A stretch of DNA of 64,000 bases from Nanobdellota archaeon (lineage in GTDB: Archaea > Nanobdellota > Nanobdellia > Woesearchaeales > WJKV01), in assembly GCA_023133595.1 (NCBI GenBank), contig JAGLWF010000002.1:4905-68904 (forward strand), written 5' to 3'. Position 1 is the stretch's first letter; every line of letters begins with the position of its first letter. Below, in pieces: positions 48,304 through 57,853 of this stretch. The notes under the pieces are model-generated. The model made no database searches. It had not been told where the DNA came from and saw only the letters and a program-made list of their open reading frames with translations. The translations under genes were made by a program, and so were the position numbers.

Positions 48304-50904
48304 ATGGTACGAATAGAAGCAGATTATGCAACACTTAAAGAGGCACTTATTGGATTTCAACAAGCAAAAGCAAAAGAGCTTGGTAGAACTTGTCCAATAC
48401 GGACAGGAAATTTCGCTTACAAAGTTGGAGAGGTGCAGGATCTCGAAGAGGAAAGAGCTATTTCGCTTACAGATAAATTAAAGGGAGAATATGATAGTTT
48501 ATCAGAACCTAATTTAAATCCGATCTCAGTAGCTGTTCTCGAAGACAGGTATCTAAAAAAGACTGAAAAAGGAAGGTTTTTAGAAAAACCTAAAGATTGT
48601 CTTTTTCGGGTTGCTCGAGTGGCAGCAATGGTTGAAGCACAGTATGGAAAAATAGACGAAGAAGTTGTAGATTACTTCAAAAGTTTCTATAATGTAATGG
48701 CAAATTGTGATTTCATGCCTAATTCTCCAACATTGATGAATGCTGGAATGGCCCTGGGGCAATTAAGTGCTTGTTTTGTACTGCCTATAGAGGATGAGAT
48801 TGCAAACGAATTAGAAGAAGGAGGAATCTTTGACACTGTCAAAGCAACAGCAATTGTGCACAAATCAGGGGGAGGAACTGGATTTTCGTTCAGCAGAATA
48901 AGGCCTCACGATGATTTTGTAAAGACTACGTATGGAAAATCCAGTGGTGTGCTTTCATTCATGAAAGTTTTTAACAGTGCAACAGAAGAAATAAACCAGG
49001 GAGGTTTCAGGCGCGGAGCAAACATGGGTGTTCTTCGGGTTGATCATCCGCAGATAATTGAATGGATAAATGCAAAGACAGATGGAACCTCTTTTAATAA
49101 TTTCAATATTTCAGTTGCCGTTACTGATAAATTCCTAGAAGCCTACAAAACTGATGGCGAATACGAACTAGTTAATCCTAGAAATGGAAAAGTTACTGGA
49201 AAATTAAGAGCAAGAGAAGTAATTGCTTTGATTGAGAAGAATGCGCACGAATACGGAGAACCAGGAATCATGTTCCTCGATAGGATGAACAGGGACAATC
49301 CAACTCCGCATATAGGAGAAATAGAAAGCACAAATCCATGCGGTGAACAGCCACTGCTTCCACACGAAGCATGCAACCTGGGTTCAATCAATATAGACAC
49401 TTGTGTAACAAAAGAAGGAGAAATTGATTATGAGAAACTAGGAAGATTAGTAAGAACAAGTGTAAGATTCCTAGATAATATTATTGATGCAAGCAATTAT
49501 CCAAAGTATGAAATTGCAGAAATGGTTGGTGGAAACAGGAAGATTGGTATGGGTATCATGGGTCTTACTGATGCATTGATCAGAATGGGTATTCCCTACG
49601 ATAGTAAGGAAGCTGTTGAAGAAGCAGGAAGGATAATGAAATTTGTCCAGGAAGAAGGACATAAAGCATCACAAGAACTTGGAAAAGAAAAAGGAAACTT
49701 TTCTAATTTCAAGGGAAGTGTCTACGACGGAAAAGTAGAGTATATGAGAAATGCAACAGTTACAACAATCGCTCCAACAGGCAGTATTAGCTTGATAGCA
49801 AATAATACTTCCAGTGGAATAGAACCTTTATTCAGGGTCCAGGCTCAAAGAACCATTACTGGATCAGATACAACCCTTGTCTATATGAGTCAGGCTTTTG
49901 AGTACTTAATGAGAAAAGCAGACTTAAAACCTGAAGATTTCACAAACCAAATAGTAAAAAATAATGGAAGTATACAAGGGATAGAGGGAATTCCAGAGGA
50001 GATTCAGAGGCTTTGCAAGATCTCAGGAGAAATTCATCATGATTGGCATTTTGCAATGCAGGAAGCAATCCAAGAACAAACAGATAATGCAGTATCAAAG
50101 ACAGTTAACTTTTTTGCTGATGAACCACGAGAAAAAGTCGCTGAACTCATTCAACGAGCAATAAATAGCAAAGTCCTGAAAGGACTTACTGTTTATAGAG
50201 AAGGCTCAAGAGAGGATGTTATTAGTTCTGGAAAAGGGATTGAAGAGTTAGTCTTCTTTAACATTGAAAAACCAGGTCTTCTGATGGAAAAGCCATTGGT
50301 CTGGGGTTTCAAGATAGAGATAGGGTCAGATGAGAAAATCCATCCATTCATGAGCTGCAGTTTCTACAGGCACAAAGAGACTGGAAAGATATATGCCATG
50401 CCTTACGAGATATTCCAATTAAAGAGGCCTATCGGCCATAAAGAGAATGTCCGTTTTGCGCAGAGTGGTGTGGAACGTTCAAGAATCCTTGTCGGAGCGG
50501 ATCCTGATTTTGCAGAATTCATCGAGGATCTGAAAAGTGTCAGGGAGACAGAATGGGGTCTTGGTCCTAAGAAAACATTTGGCCAGGATTATTCAGTAGG
50601 TGTTGCACTGGAATACGTCCTTAGAACATTAGGAATCATTGGCAGCGACAAGACAACAGGCAGGATCGTAAATCTGATCCAGAAATCCGACCTTGAGCCG
50701 ATCACAGACATGGATGAGAAGAGGGAGATCCAGAAAAGATTCTTTCATCTGCGAGGAAATTTCAAGGGAGCAAAAGAATTAAAATACAATATCACTGAGG
50801 GTATTAAGAAGAAAGACAATTGTCCTATATGTGGAAAACCATTAGTCCACGACGGCGGTTGCCACGGCGGAAGATGTCCTGACGGGCATGTTGATTCGTG
50901 CTAA
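48304..50904 (+). CDS. nrdJ: Adenosylcobalamin-dependent (class II) ribonucleotide reductase
   Basis: PNSPTLMNAG, SACFV, GGFRRGANM, TNPCGEQPL, IAPTG, D.AVSKT.N; C-terminal Cys cluster; no beta subunit nearby. Confidence 0.92.
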   Translation: MVRIEADYATLKEALIGFQQAKAKELGRTCPIRTGNFAYKVGEVQDLEEERAISLTDKLKGEYDSLSEPNLNPISVAVLEDRYLKKTEKGRFLEKPKDCLFRVARVAAMVEAQYGKIDEEVVDYFKSFYNVMANCDFMPNSPTLMNAGMALGQLSACFVLPIEDEIANELEEGGIFDTVKATAIVHKSGGGTGFSFSRIRPHDDFVKTTYGKSSGVLSFMKVFNSATEEINQGGFRRGANMGVLRVDHPQIIEWINAKTDGTSFNNFNISVAVTDKFLEAYKTDGEYELVNPRNGKVTGKLRAREVIALIEKNAHEYGEPGIMFLDRMNRDNPTPHIGEIESTNPCGEQPLLPHEACNLGSINIDTCVTKEGEIDYEKLGRLVRTSVRFLDNIIDASNYPKYEIAEMVGGNRKIGMGIMGLTDALIRMGIPYDSKEAVEEAGRIMKFVQEEGHKASQELGKEKGNFSNFKGSVYDGKVEYMRNATVTTIAPTGSISLIANNTSSGIEPLFRVQAQRTITGSDTTLVYMSQAFEYLMRKADLKPEDFTNQIVKNNGSIQGIEGIPEEIQRLCKISGEIHHDWHFAMQEAIQEQTDNAVSKTVNFFADEPREKVAELIQRAINSKVLKGLTVYREGSREDVISSGKGIEELVFFNIEKPGLLMEKPLVWGFKIEIGSDEKIHPFMSCSFYRHKETGKIYAMPYEIFQLKRPIGHKENVRFAQSGVERSRILVGADPDFAEFIEDLKSVRETEWGLGPKKTFGQDYSVGVALEYVLRTLGIIGSDKTTGRIVNLIQKSDLEPITDMDEKREIQKRFFHLRGNFKGAKELKYNITEGIKKKDNCPICGKPLVHDGGCHGGRCPDGHVDSC

Positions 50905-51176
50905 GAATAAGCAATCCCAAAACCGTTGAGGTCTCCGCGGTAAATCTCTTTTTCTATTTTTATATCTTTTACTTCTGCGTTAGACGGTCCCTGCCGGCAC
51001 AATGAGATAAGTTCATTTATTTTCCTTTCTTCGCCTTCGACCAGGATTTCGACCTGGTTATGGTCCTTGTTCCGCACCCATCCCTTGAGATCGAGATGGT
51101 TTGCCTTCCTGTAAACAAATCTTCGAAATAAAACTCCCTGAACAATACCAGTAAGAAAGATATGACATCTGATCAT
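50901..51176 (-). CDS. acyP: Acylphosphatase
   Basis: G.VQGV.FR...L.GWV.N...V....EG...GP..A.V. Confidence 0.93.
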   Translation of the reverse strand: MIRCHIFLTGIVQGVLFRRFVYRKANHLDLKGWVRNKDHNQVEILVEGEERKINELISLCRQGPSNAEVKDIKIEKEIYRGDLNGFGIAYS

Positions 51177-52615
51177 CGTGATTGTTTCATTCGAAGGCTG
51201 ACAGGAGAAGAAAACACTATCTTTGCAATTTTGTCTTTGTCAAACCTTGCTTCAGCAGCTGGCAATCTAAGATCGCCCATGACTTTCAGTTTTGCTTTTA
51301 TCCTGTATGTGATTATCCTTTCATCTTTTCCGTACAGATCACCCAGCTCCCAGATCAGGACCTCGCCTGCTTCCATTGTCTTTATTTTTGTCGGACGGAT
51401 AGAACCAAGGATATCTTTTGGAACATACGACGCTATCTTTGGTATTTTATCACGGATCTTCACGTTTCTTAATGTTTGATTGGTTGCGTTCTTGAAACTA
51501 AGGATGATTTTCGCGCCTGTCAAGGTGCCGTCTTCTGGACTGAAGATCGGTTTTGCCTTCTTTGTTATGACAATGTCTGGCTTGAAATGTTGATAGATGA
51601 AGACAAGAAGCAGTATCGCGATTATTGTCAATAAGATGTATCGATAATTATAAGTAACAACAACCCTGGTTGCCTGTTCTGGATACAAGCTGAGGTCCCA
51701 TTGGTATGCTTTAGAGATAATAGGCACTTTAGGTTTTGTCGAGGTCACAACGCGCCCGAAAAATGAGACTGGAACCCGAAACTGTTCTGTCTTCTTGATA
51801 TTTGCAGGATTATCAATCTTGTAGGTCACTTTTTTCCTGAGAAAACTTTTGTCGACAACCTCTTTGATATTGAATGAGATGTCAGCATCAATGATTTCAT
51901 ACTCAAATTCTTTTGAAGTGATGACTTCATTATCAACAAGAAGCTTAATGTATAAAGTATCTGTCTGCGGCAAAGTATGTGAATCAAGATCAAAATTAAA
52001 TTTCAGGTCTGCTTTTTCGTACGGCCCCATTGGGATTGTCTTTTCTCCCTTGAAGAAATTAGAAGACACCTTTACCAATAACTCAGGGATATTAAGGCTG
52101 TTCTTGTTCAACAGATGGACATCTACTGTGAAGGGCTTGCTTGGATCTATCTTTTCTGGAAATTCTGGTGCAGGATCAACAACAACGCGCGGAAGATAGG
52201 TCACAAGATAGCCAGACGGATTGATTAAATGCACATTAAGATTATTTCTTATCTTGGTTCCTTCGCCTTCAACCTCTATGATTATCGTATATATCCCATA
52301 CCCAAGACCAGAACCTATTGCCCTGATAAAAAGATCCACTGTCTTTGTCATCCCTGGCCGCAGTTCAAATTGCGAATCTTTTATAGGTTTTGTGAGAACA
52401 GACCATTTGGTTGTGATTACATTAGGGGAGGTGACACTGAACCTTATCCTATTATTATCATTGTTCGCCACTGTAAGCTTGTATTGCGCGCTCTCGTTGC
52501 GAAGAATCCTGTCATTGACAGGAATTATATCCACGTCAAAACTTGCAGCAGAAACCACTGTAGCTAGAAGTAGCAGTAATATTGCACAGATTATACTCCC
52601 GACGAATAACTTCAC
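51173..52615 (-). CDS. Hypothetical membrane protein with Ig-like domains
   Basis: Signal peptide, beta-rich domains, internal TM helix, C-terminal DUF11/BatD-like domain (V.I.D.IP...W....L...ER.ITY). Confidence 0.75.
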   Translation of the reverse strand: MKLFVGSIICAILLLLLATVVSAASFDVDIIPVNDRILRNESAQYKLTVANNDNNRIRFSVTSPNVITTKWSVLTKPIKDSQFELRPGMTKTVDLFIRAIGSGLGYGIYTIIIEVEGEGTKIRNNLNVHLINPSGYLVTYLPRVVVDPAPEFPEKIDPSKPFTVDVHLLNKNSLNIPELLVKVSSNFFKGEKTIPMGPYEKADLKFNFDLDSHTLPQTDTLYIKLLVDNEVITSKEFEYEIIDADISFNIKEVVDKSFLRKKVTYKIDNPANIKKTEQFRVPVSFFGRVVTSTKPKVPIISKAYQWDLSLYPEQATRVVVTYNYRYILLTIIAILLLVFIYQHFKPDIVITKKAKPIFSPEDGTLTGAKIILSFKNATNQTLRNVKIRDKIPKIASYVPKDILGSIRPTKIKTMEAGEVLIWELGDLYGKDERIITYRIKAKLKVMGDLRLPAAEARFDKDKIAKIVFSSPVSLRMKQSR

Positions 52616-52673
52616 AATCTCACCCAGTCAGAGATATTAGACCGGTTTATATAAACTTTTCTTATTGTTGTGT

Positions 52674-52765
52674 GCATAGCACCAAGCGTAGCCTTTGAAT
52701 AAACGCACCAATAATATAGAATCGTTTTAATGAGCAATATTATAATCTTGCGAAGCGTGCTATGC
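52674..52765 (+). repeat. Type A element copy 5
   Basis: GCATAGCACCAAGCGTAG...GCGAAGCGTGCTATGC, 92 bp. Confidence 0.85.
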
Positions 52766-52772
52766 ACAATAG

Positions 52773-52871
52773 AGCCATTGCTGCGTTCCGCTCGCATTGC
52801 TTTTCGTTTTAAAAGCCGAGTCTACGTATCCAGTAGAAAAAATCAGAAAGCTGCACTTGGCAGCAATGGCT
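52773..52871 (-). repeat. Type B element copy 3
   Basis: Same ends and same position relative to A as at 11528-11626. Confidence 0.85.
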
Positions 52872-52947
52872 ATGCACATATTTATGGTTTAAAAACTGGA
52901 AATCAAGAATGTAGGGATAGTAAAAATAAAGAAAGAAAAAAGAAGAT

Positions 52948-53535
52948 TTATTTCTTCTTCTTTTTAGACTTTTTGCCTTTGCCTTTCATGAAGTACCATA
53001 GCACTATCAAGATTATTACTATGATAACAATCCATAATGCGCCAAGTCCTTTCTTCTCAGGCTCTGGTTCCGGAGTTACTTCTGGTGCTGGTTCTGGTGC
53101 TGGTTCTGGTTCAGCAAGTCCAAGCTCTTCAGCAACTTCCTTTTTTGCCTCTTCTGTGATTGTCTCGATATCTGGTGCAGCTTCTCTTTTCGCAATATCT
53201 TCTGATGTGAAACCTTCGTCTGCATCGTATTCAGCGTATGGAATTGGAGGCTGATCATTCAGTTCAAGACATGTCTTTTCAGCGATTCTTTCACAGACAG
53301 CTAATTGCTCTTCTGTCCATTTTGGATCACATAATCTTGCAAAAGTTTTACATGCTCTTTGCGCAAGTATAATATCTTCTTCTGCATCGCCGGTATTGTC
53401 ACAGTTTCGCTCTGCTCTCATAATCCCTACTTTTTCAGGGTCGCATTCAAAACGTTCGTAAGCAGCTGATGCAAATACAGATGTAATAAGTAACATACAT
53501 ACTGCCAATAGAACAAATAAACTCAATTTTTTCAT
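52948..53535 (-). CDS. Secreted Cys-rich protein with PE-rich linker and C-terminal membrane anchor
   Basis: Signal peptide, 6 Cys in the ectodomain, (EP) repeats, TM helix and poly-Lys tail; GAGGTG SD. Confidence 0.8.
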   Translation of the reverse strand: MKKLSLFVLLAVCMLLITSVFASAAYERFECDPEKVGIMRAERNCDNTGDAEEDIILAQRACKTFARLCDPKWTEEQLAVCERIAEKTCLELNDQPPIPYAEYDADEGFTSEDIAKREAAPDIETITEEAKKEVAEELGLAEPEPAPEPAPEVTPEPEPEKKGLGALWIVIIVIILIVLWYFMKGKGKKSKKKKK

Positions 53536-53689
53536 GTAATCCACCTCGGTTTTTTTATCTATCTAATATGATACTAGTGTACATCTGAAAACCATTCTTA
53601 AATATAAATGTTGCGGTTTTTAAAGGGGCAAATTTACCCTTTTTGTAAATAAAAAGCTTTTTAAACAGCGATTGAACCCATATGATCAG

Positions 53690-53819
53690 CCCCGCTTAGT
53701 TCAGTGGCTAGAACGCTCGGCTGTAGATGATATCGCTGCTCGACTGTGTCTTTGGACAATGGGATGACCAGCAGTCAGCCGGGACCGAGAGATCCCCGGT
53801 TCGAGTCCGGGAGCGGGGA
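53690..53819 (+). tRNA. tRNA-Tyr(GTA) with 57-nt intron at 37/38 (53727-53783)
   Basis: Acceptor CCCCGCT/AGCGGGG (C1:G72), anticodon stem CTCGG/CCGAG, T-arm CCCGG-TTCGAGT-CCGGG, relaxed BHB. Confidence 0.93.
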
Positions 53820-54063
53820 CTTTCTTTTTTCTACTATATTGAAGAGTTTTGTCCCAATATTGGAGTAACGGACAGAAATCGTATATAATTCCTAAATAGC
53901 TGATTATATTGGATTTTACCACAATCTTTATAAACGGGTGCTAATTTTTCCATGCAAAATGCCGAAAAAACCCTTCTTAGCTTATAGTCTATTAGATATG
54001 TAAATTTTATAGAGAGAAGAGTAGGTATAATCAAAAAGAAGGGGAGGGGAAAATTATACATAT

Positions 54064-54193
54064 GCCCTGGTAGTGTAGTGGCCTAGCATGAAGCCCTGTC
54101 GAGGTGACATAATTGCCACAGAAAGGCTTCGACCCGGGTTCGAAAGGGCATTTAGGCTTGTAGCTTAATACCACGAAAGTCCCGGCCGGGGCG
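54064..54193 (+). tRNA. tRNA-Asp(GTC) with two introns (37/38: 54102-54123; T-loop 59/60: 54145-54179)
   Basis: Acceptor GCCCTGG/CCGGGGC, anticodon stem AAGCC/GGCTT; BHB helices CTGT/ACAG and TTCG/CGAA; splicing restores the TTCGAAT loop. Confidence 0.9.
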
Positions 54194-54202
54194 TTTTCCC
54201 TT

Positions 54203-54276
54203 GGGCCGGTAGCTTAGCTCGGTAGAGCACTCGACTTTTAATCGAGTGGTCGCGGGTTCAAATCCCGCCCGGCCCA
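54203..54276 (+). tRNA. tRNA-Lys(TTT)
   Basis: Canonical cloverleaf GGGCCGG/CCGGCCC, CTCGA-CTTTTAA-TCGAG, GCGGG-TTCAAAT-CCCGC. Confidence 0.96.
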
Positions 54277-54309
54277 TCATATTCATTTCATTCACCCGAC
54301 AAACCAAAA

Positions 54310-54552
54310 ATGGCTAAAGACGATTATCTAGATAAACATGAGCTTATCCCTAAGCATACAAAATTAGGCGAGCGCGCAGTGAAAGAGTTGCTTGCAACTT
54401 TTAATATTTCAAAGGTGCAGCTCCCAAAAATTCTTGCTTCTGATGTTGTTGTAAAAAATCTTGGTTTGAAGATCGGCGATATTGTCAAGATAGAAAGAAA
54501 AAGTCCAACAGCAGGAAAGAGTACATATTACAGGGTGGTTGCAGATGGCTAA
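54310..54552 (+). CDS. rpoH: RNA polymerase subunit H (Rpo5)
   Basis: HELIPKH, QLPKI...D, GDIVKI.R.S.TAG...YYR.V. Confidence 0.96.
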   Translation: MAKDDYLDKHELIPKHTKLGERAVKELLATFNISKVQLPKILASDVVVKNLGLKIGDIVKIERKSPTAGKSTYYRVVADG

Positions 54553-56044
54553 CGAGAGATCCAAGATTTTGCTAAAAAATTATTTCGGGAACAGGACATT
54601 CGTAAAGTCAGACATAGAGTCGTACAATAATCTCATAACCTTAGGGCTGCAGAAGGTTATTGGAGAACTGGAAGATATTGAACCAACAATAATTCCGCAC
54701 GATATCGACGAACTGAAAATAAGGTTCGACAATGTGCGTGTTGCAAAACCGATCATCATCGAGGCTGACGGTTCTGAAAGGAAAATATTCCCTCGGGAAG
54801 CAAGACTGAGGAACATAAGTTATTCTGCCCAAGTCATGGTCGATGTCTCGACACACATCAATGGTGTGCAGCGGGAGGTTTTCCAGGCAAACATCGGAAA
54901 GATCCCTGTCATGCTGAAGAGTGATATCTGCCACCTGAAAGGATTATCAAAAGACCAGCGTACAGAGGTCGGTGAGGATCCTAATGATCCAGGCGGATAT
55001 TTTATCATCAATGGAACAGAGCGTGTCCTGATCGCAATGGAAGACCTGGCACCGAACACATTTTTCATCGAGAAGGCTTCGACAGGAACATCTCCGTTCG
55101 TAGGAAAATTATTCTCCCAGCGAGGGGCGTATCGGATCCTCCATAAGATGGAGCAACCTAAAGACGGCATCTTCTATCTTTCTTTCACACGCGTTTCAAA
55201 AATCCCGATCATTGTCATCATAAAAGCGCTGGGTCTTATCAAGGACGAGGAAATCACACACTTTGTCTCTTCAAAGACAGACTATGACCAGGTCCTGGTG
55301 AACTTGTACAATTATACAGATATCAAGACAGAAGAAGATGCCCTGGATTATATTGCCAAGAAATTAAGGAGCACAAAACCAAAAGAAATCAGGATACAGA
55401 GAATGCAGGAAACACTGGACAAATATCTTCTTCCGCATCTCGGAACATCAAAAGAGGACAGGATATACAAAGCATACAACCTGTGCAAGATGATCAAGAA
55501 GTTTATCCGGGTTTCAAACGGAGAGCTTCCACTGGATGACCGGGACCATTATGCTAACAAAAGACTGAAACTGAGCGGTGAACTGCTGGAAGAACTGTTC
55601 AGGACAAATCTGAGAAGTCTTGTCAAAGATTTATTGTATAACTTCCAGAGAATTGTCAAGAGAGGAAAATTCCCGTCGATAAAAGTCATTATCCGTGATA
55701 AACTATTGACAAACAGCATATATTCTGCAATGGCGACCGGGAACTGGGTTGGCGGAAGGAAAGGTGTCAGCCAGAGGATACAGAGAGTTAATCATCTTGA
55801 TACAATATCACACCTGCAGAGGGTTGTCTCTCCGCTGTCTCCATCGCAGGAGAATTTCGCGGCTCGTGCACTGCACCCGACACATCTTGGAAGATTGTGT
55901 CCTATCGAGACTCCAGAAGGTACTAACATCGGTCTGAGAAAAAATCTCTGCCTGTTGGCAGAAGTCAGCATGGGCCTGGAAAAAGATGAGAGACAAAAAA
56001 CAATGGAGGCACTGCGCAATCTTGGCCTGCGCTCAGTAAGATAA
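54545..56044 (+). CDS. rpoB2: RNA polymerase subunit B''
   Basis: P.EARLRN.SY, DPGGYFIING.ERV, GRLCP.ETPEG.N.GL.KNL. Confidence 0.96.
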   Translation: MANERSKILLKNYFGNRTFVKSDIESYNNLITLGLQKVIGELEDIEPTIIPHDIDELKIRFDNVRVAKPIIIEADGSERKIFPREARLRNISYSAQVMVDVSTHINGVQREVFQANIGKIPVMLKSDICHLKGLSKDQRTEVGEDPNDPGGYFIINGTERVLIAMEDLAPNTFFIEKASTGTSPFVGKLFSQRGAYRILHKMEQPKDGIFYLSFTRVSKIPIIVIIKALGLIKDEEITHFVSSKTDYDQVLVNLYNYTDIKTEEDALDYIAKKLRSTKPKEIRIQRMQETLDKYLLPHLGTSKEDRIYKAYNLCKMIKKFIRVSNGELPLDDRDHYANKRLKLSGELLEELFRTNLRSLVKDLLYNFQRIVKRGKFPSIKVIIRDKLLTNSIYSAMATGNWVGGRKGVSQRIQRVNHLDTISHLQRVVSPLSPSQENFAARALHPTHLGRLCPIETPEGTNIGLRKNLCLLAEVSMGLEKDERQKTMEALRNLGLRSVR

Positions 56045-56049
56045 TCACG

Positions 56050-57852
56050 ATGACTGAAGTATACATTGATTCAACATTTGTCGGAAAAGTCGAGGATCCG
56101 AAATCATTCATTGAACAGATCAAGGCTGAACGTAGAGCTAGCAGTATCACTAAAGAGATCAATGTCAGATACAATGCTCAATCAGATGAGATAAAGATCG
56201 AGCTCGCAAAAGGAAGAATCAGGAAACCGCTTATTGTTATCGAGAATGGAGAACCAAAATTAAGAAAAGAGCACCTGGAAAAATTAGAGAAAGGCGAGAT
56301 ATCATGGGACAATCTTGTCAAGGCTGGGATCATAGAATATATTGATGCGAATGAAGAAGAGGATTGTCTTGTTGCATTCTTTCCAGAAGATCTGACAAAG
56401 GACCATACTCATCTTGAGATAACTCCGTTCGCAATGCTGAGCCTGGCAACATCTATTGTTCCGTTCTCAAACTATTGTCTCGCGACAAGGACACACGGAG
56501 GCATGAAAAGTTTAAGACAGGCTCTTGGCCTTTATACTGCAAATTACGCAGTACGAATGGATACTGATGTTAATCTGCTTATGTATCCCCAGATTCCTAT
56601 CTCAAAAACTTTGATGTACGATATTGCAAATGAGGACGAGCATCCTTCTGGACAGAATATTGTTGTCGCGATCCTAAGTTATGAAGGTTATAACATGGAT
56701 GACGCAATCATCATCAACAAAGGAAGTGTTGATCGTGGATTCGCGCGTTCCATCTACTTCAGGCCGTATGTCGCTGAAGAATTAAGATATTCCGGAGGAT
56801 TGATCGATGAGATCAGCATTCCAGACAAAGAAGTCAAGGGATACAAGAGTGAAAAAGATTACAGATTCCTTAACGACGACGGTATTGCTTATCTTGAGGC
56901 GCAGATCAATCCAGATGATGTATTGATCGGAAAGACTTCACCGCCAAGATTCCTTAGCGGAATGGATGAATATACTTTAGGCACAAGTTCAAGACGTGAA
57001 TCTTCAACAGCAGTGCGGCACGGAGAGAAAGGCACTGTTGATTTTGTTGTGGTCACAGAGAATGAAGAAGGGAACAAATTTGTCCAGGTCAGGGTAAGAG
57101 ACCAGAGACTTCCTGAGATAGGAGACAAGTTTTCATCCCGGCACGGACAGAAAGGTGTTGTGGGTATGCTTTTCCCCCAGACAGATATGCCGTTCACAGC
57201 ATCTGGAATTATTCCTGATGTAATATTTTCACCGCATTCCATACCAACTCGTATGACAATCTCGCACCTGATCGAGCTTGTCGCAGGAAAAGTAGGATGC
57301 CTGTCAGGAAGAAACATCGACGCTACTGCGTTCTCTTCTGAGCCAGAGAAAGCCCTGAGAGAGGAACTGAAATCACTAGGATTCCGGGAGAATGGATCAG
57401 AAACATTATACAATGGCCTTACAGGCGAACAATTCAAAGTAAAGATCTTTATCGGAAACCAGTTCTACCTGAAACTAAGACACATGGTCGCGAACAAGAT
57501 ACACAGCAGAGCAACAGGGCCGATTACACTCCTTACACGACAGCCTACAGAAGGCAAGGCAAAAGAGGGTGGACTTCGTCTTGGAGAGATGGAGAAGGAC
57601 ACATTTGTTGCGCACGGCGCAGCATTATTGTTGAAAGAAAGGTTCGACTCTGACAAGACAATTGTACCTGTCTGCGAAGAGTGCGGGATGATGGCTTATG
57701 TCGACAAATTCAAGAACAGGCACATCTGTCCTATCTGCGGAGAGACAGCAGAGATCAACCAGGTTGAGATGAGTTACGCTTTCAAGCTATTGCTCGACGA
57801 ACTGAAGAGCATGGCAGTATACCCAGAGATAAGACTGGAGGACCAGTACTAA
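56050..57852 (+). CDS. rpoB1: RNA polymerase subunit B'
   Basis: GYNMDDA, GDKF.SRHGQKG, RQPTEG.A..GGLR.GEME; C-terminal Zn ribbon. Confidence 0.97.
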   Translation: MTEVYIDSTFVGKVEDPKSFIEQIKAERRASSITKEINVRYNAQSDEIKIELAKGRIRKPLIVIENGEPKLRKEHLEKLEKGEISWDNLVKAGIIEYIDANEEEDCLVAFFPEDLTKDHTHLEITPFAMLSLATSIVPFSNYCLATRTHGGMKSLRQALGLYTANYAVRMDTDVNLLMYPQIPISKTLMYDIANEDEHPSGQNIVVAILSYEGYNMDDAIIINKGSVDRGFARSIYFRPYVAEELRYSGGLIDEISIPDKEVKGYKSEKDYRFLNDDGIAYLEAQINPDDVLIGKTSPPRFLSGMDEYTLGTSSRRESSTAVRHGEKGTVDFVVVTENEEGNKFVQVRVRDQRLPEIGDKFSSRHGQKGVVGMLFPQTDMPFTASGIIPDVIFSPHSIPTRMTISHLIELVAGKVGCLSGRNIDATAFSSEPEKALREELKSLGFRENGSETLYNGLTGEQFKVKIFIGNQFYLKLRHMVANKIHSRATGPITLLTRQPTEGKAKEGGLRLGEMEKDTFVAHGAALLLKERFDSDKTIVPVCEECGMMAYVDKFKNRHICPICGETAEINQVEMSYAFKLLLDELKSMAVYPEIRLEDQY

Positions 57853-57853
57853 A

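Noticed and set aside
48304-50904. Intein in NrdJ or in the RNA polymerase subunits
   Set aside because: Catalytic motifs are contiguous and lengths normal; no intein terminal motifs seen
7347-52871. A/B elements as CRISPR repeats or integron attC sites
   Set aside because: Dispersed rather than regularly interspaced; no RYYYAAC/GTTRRRY cores; no cas or intI genes in the window
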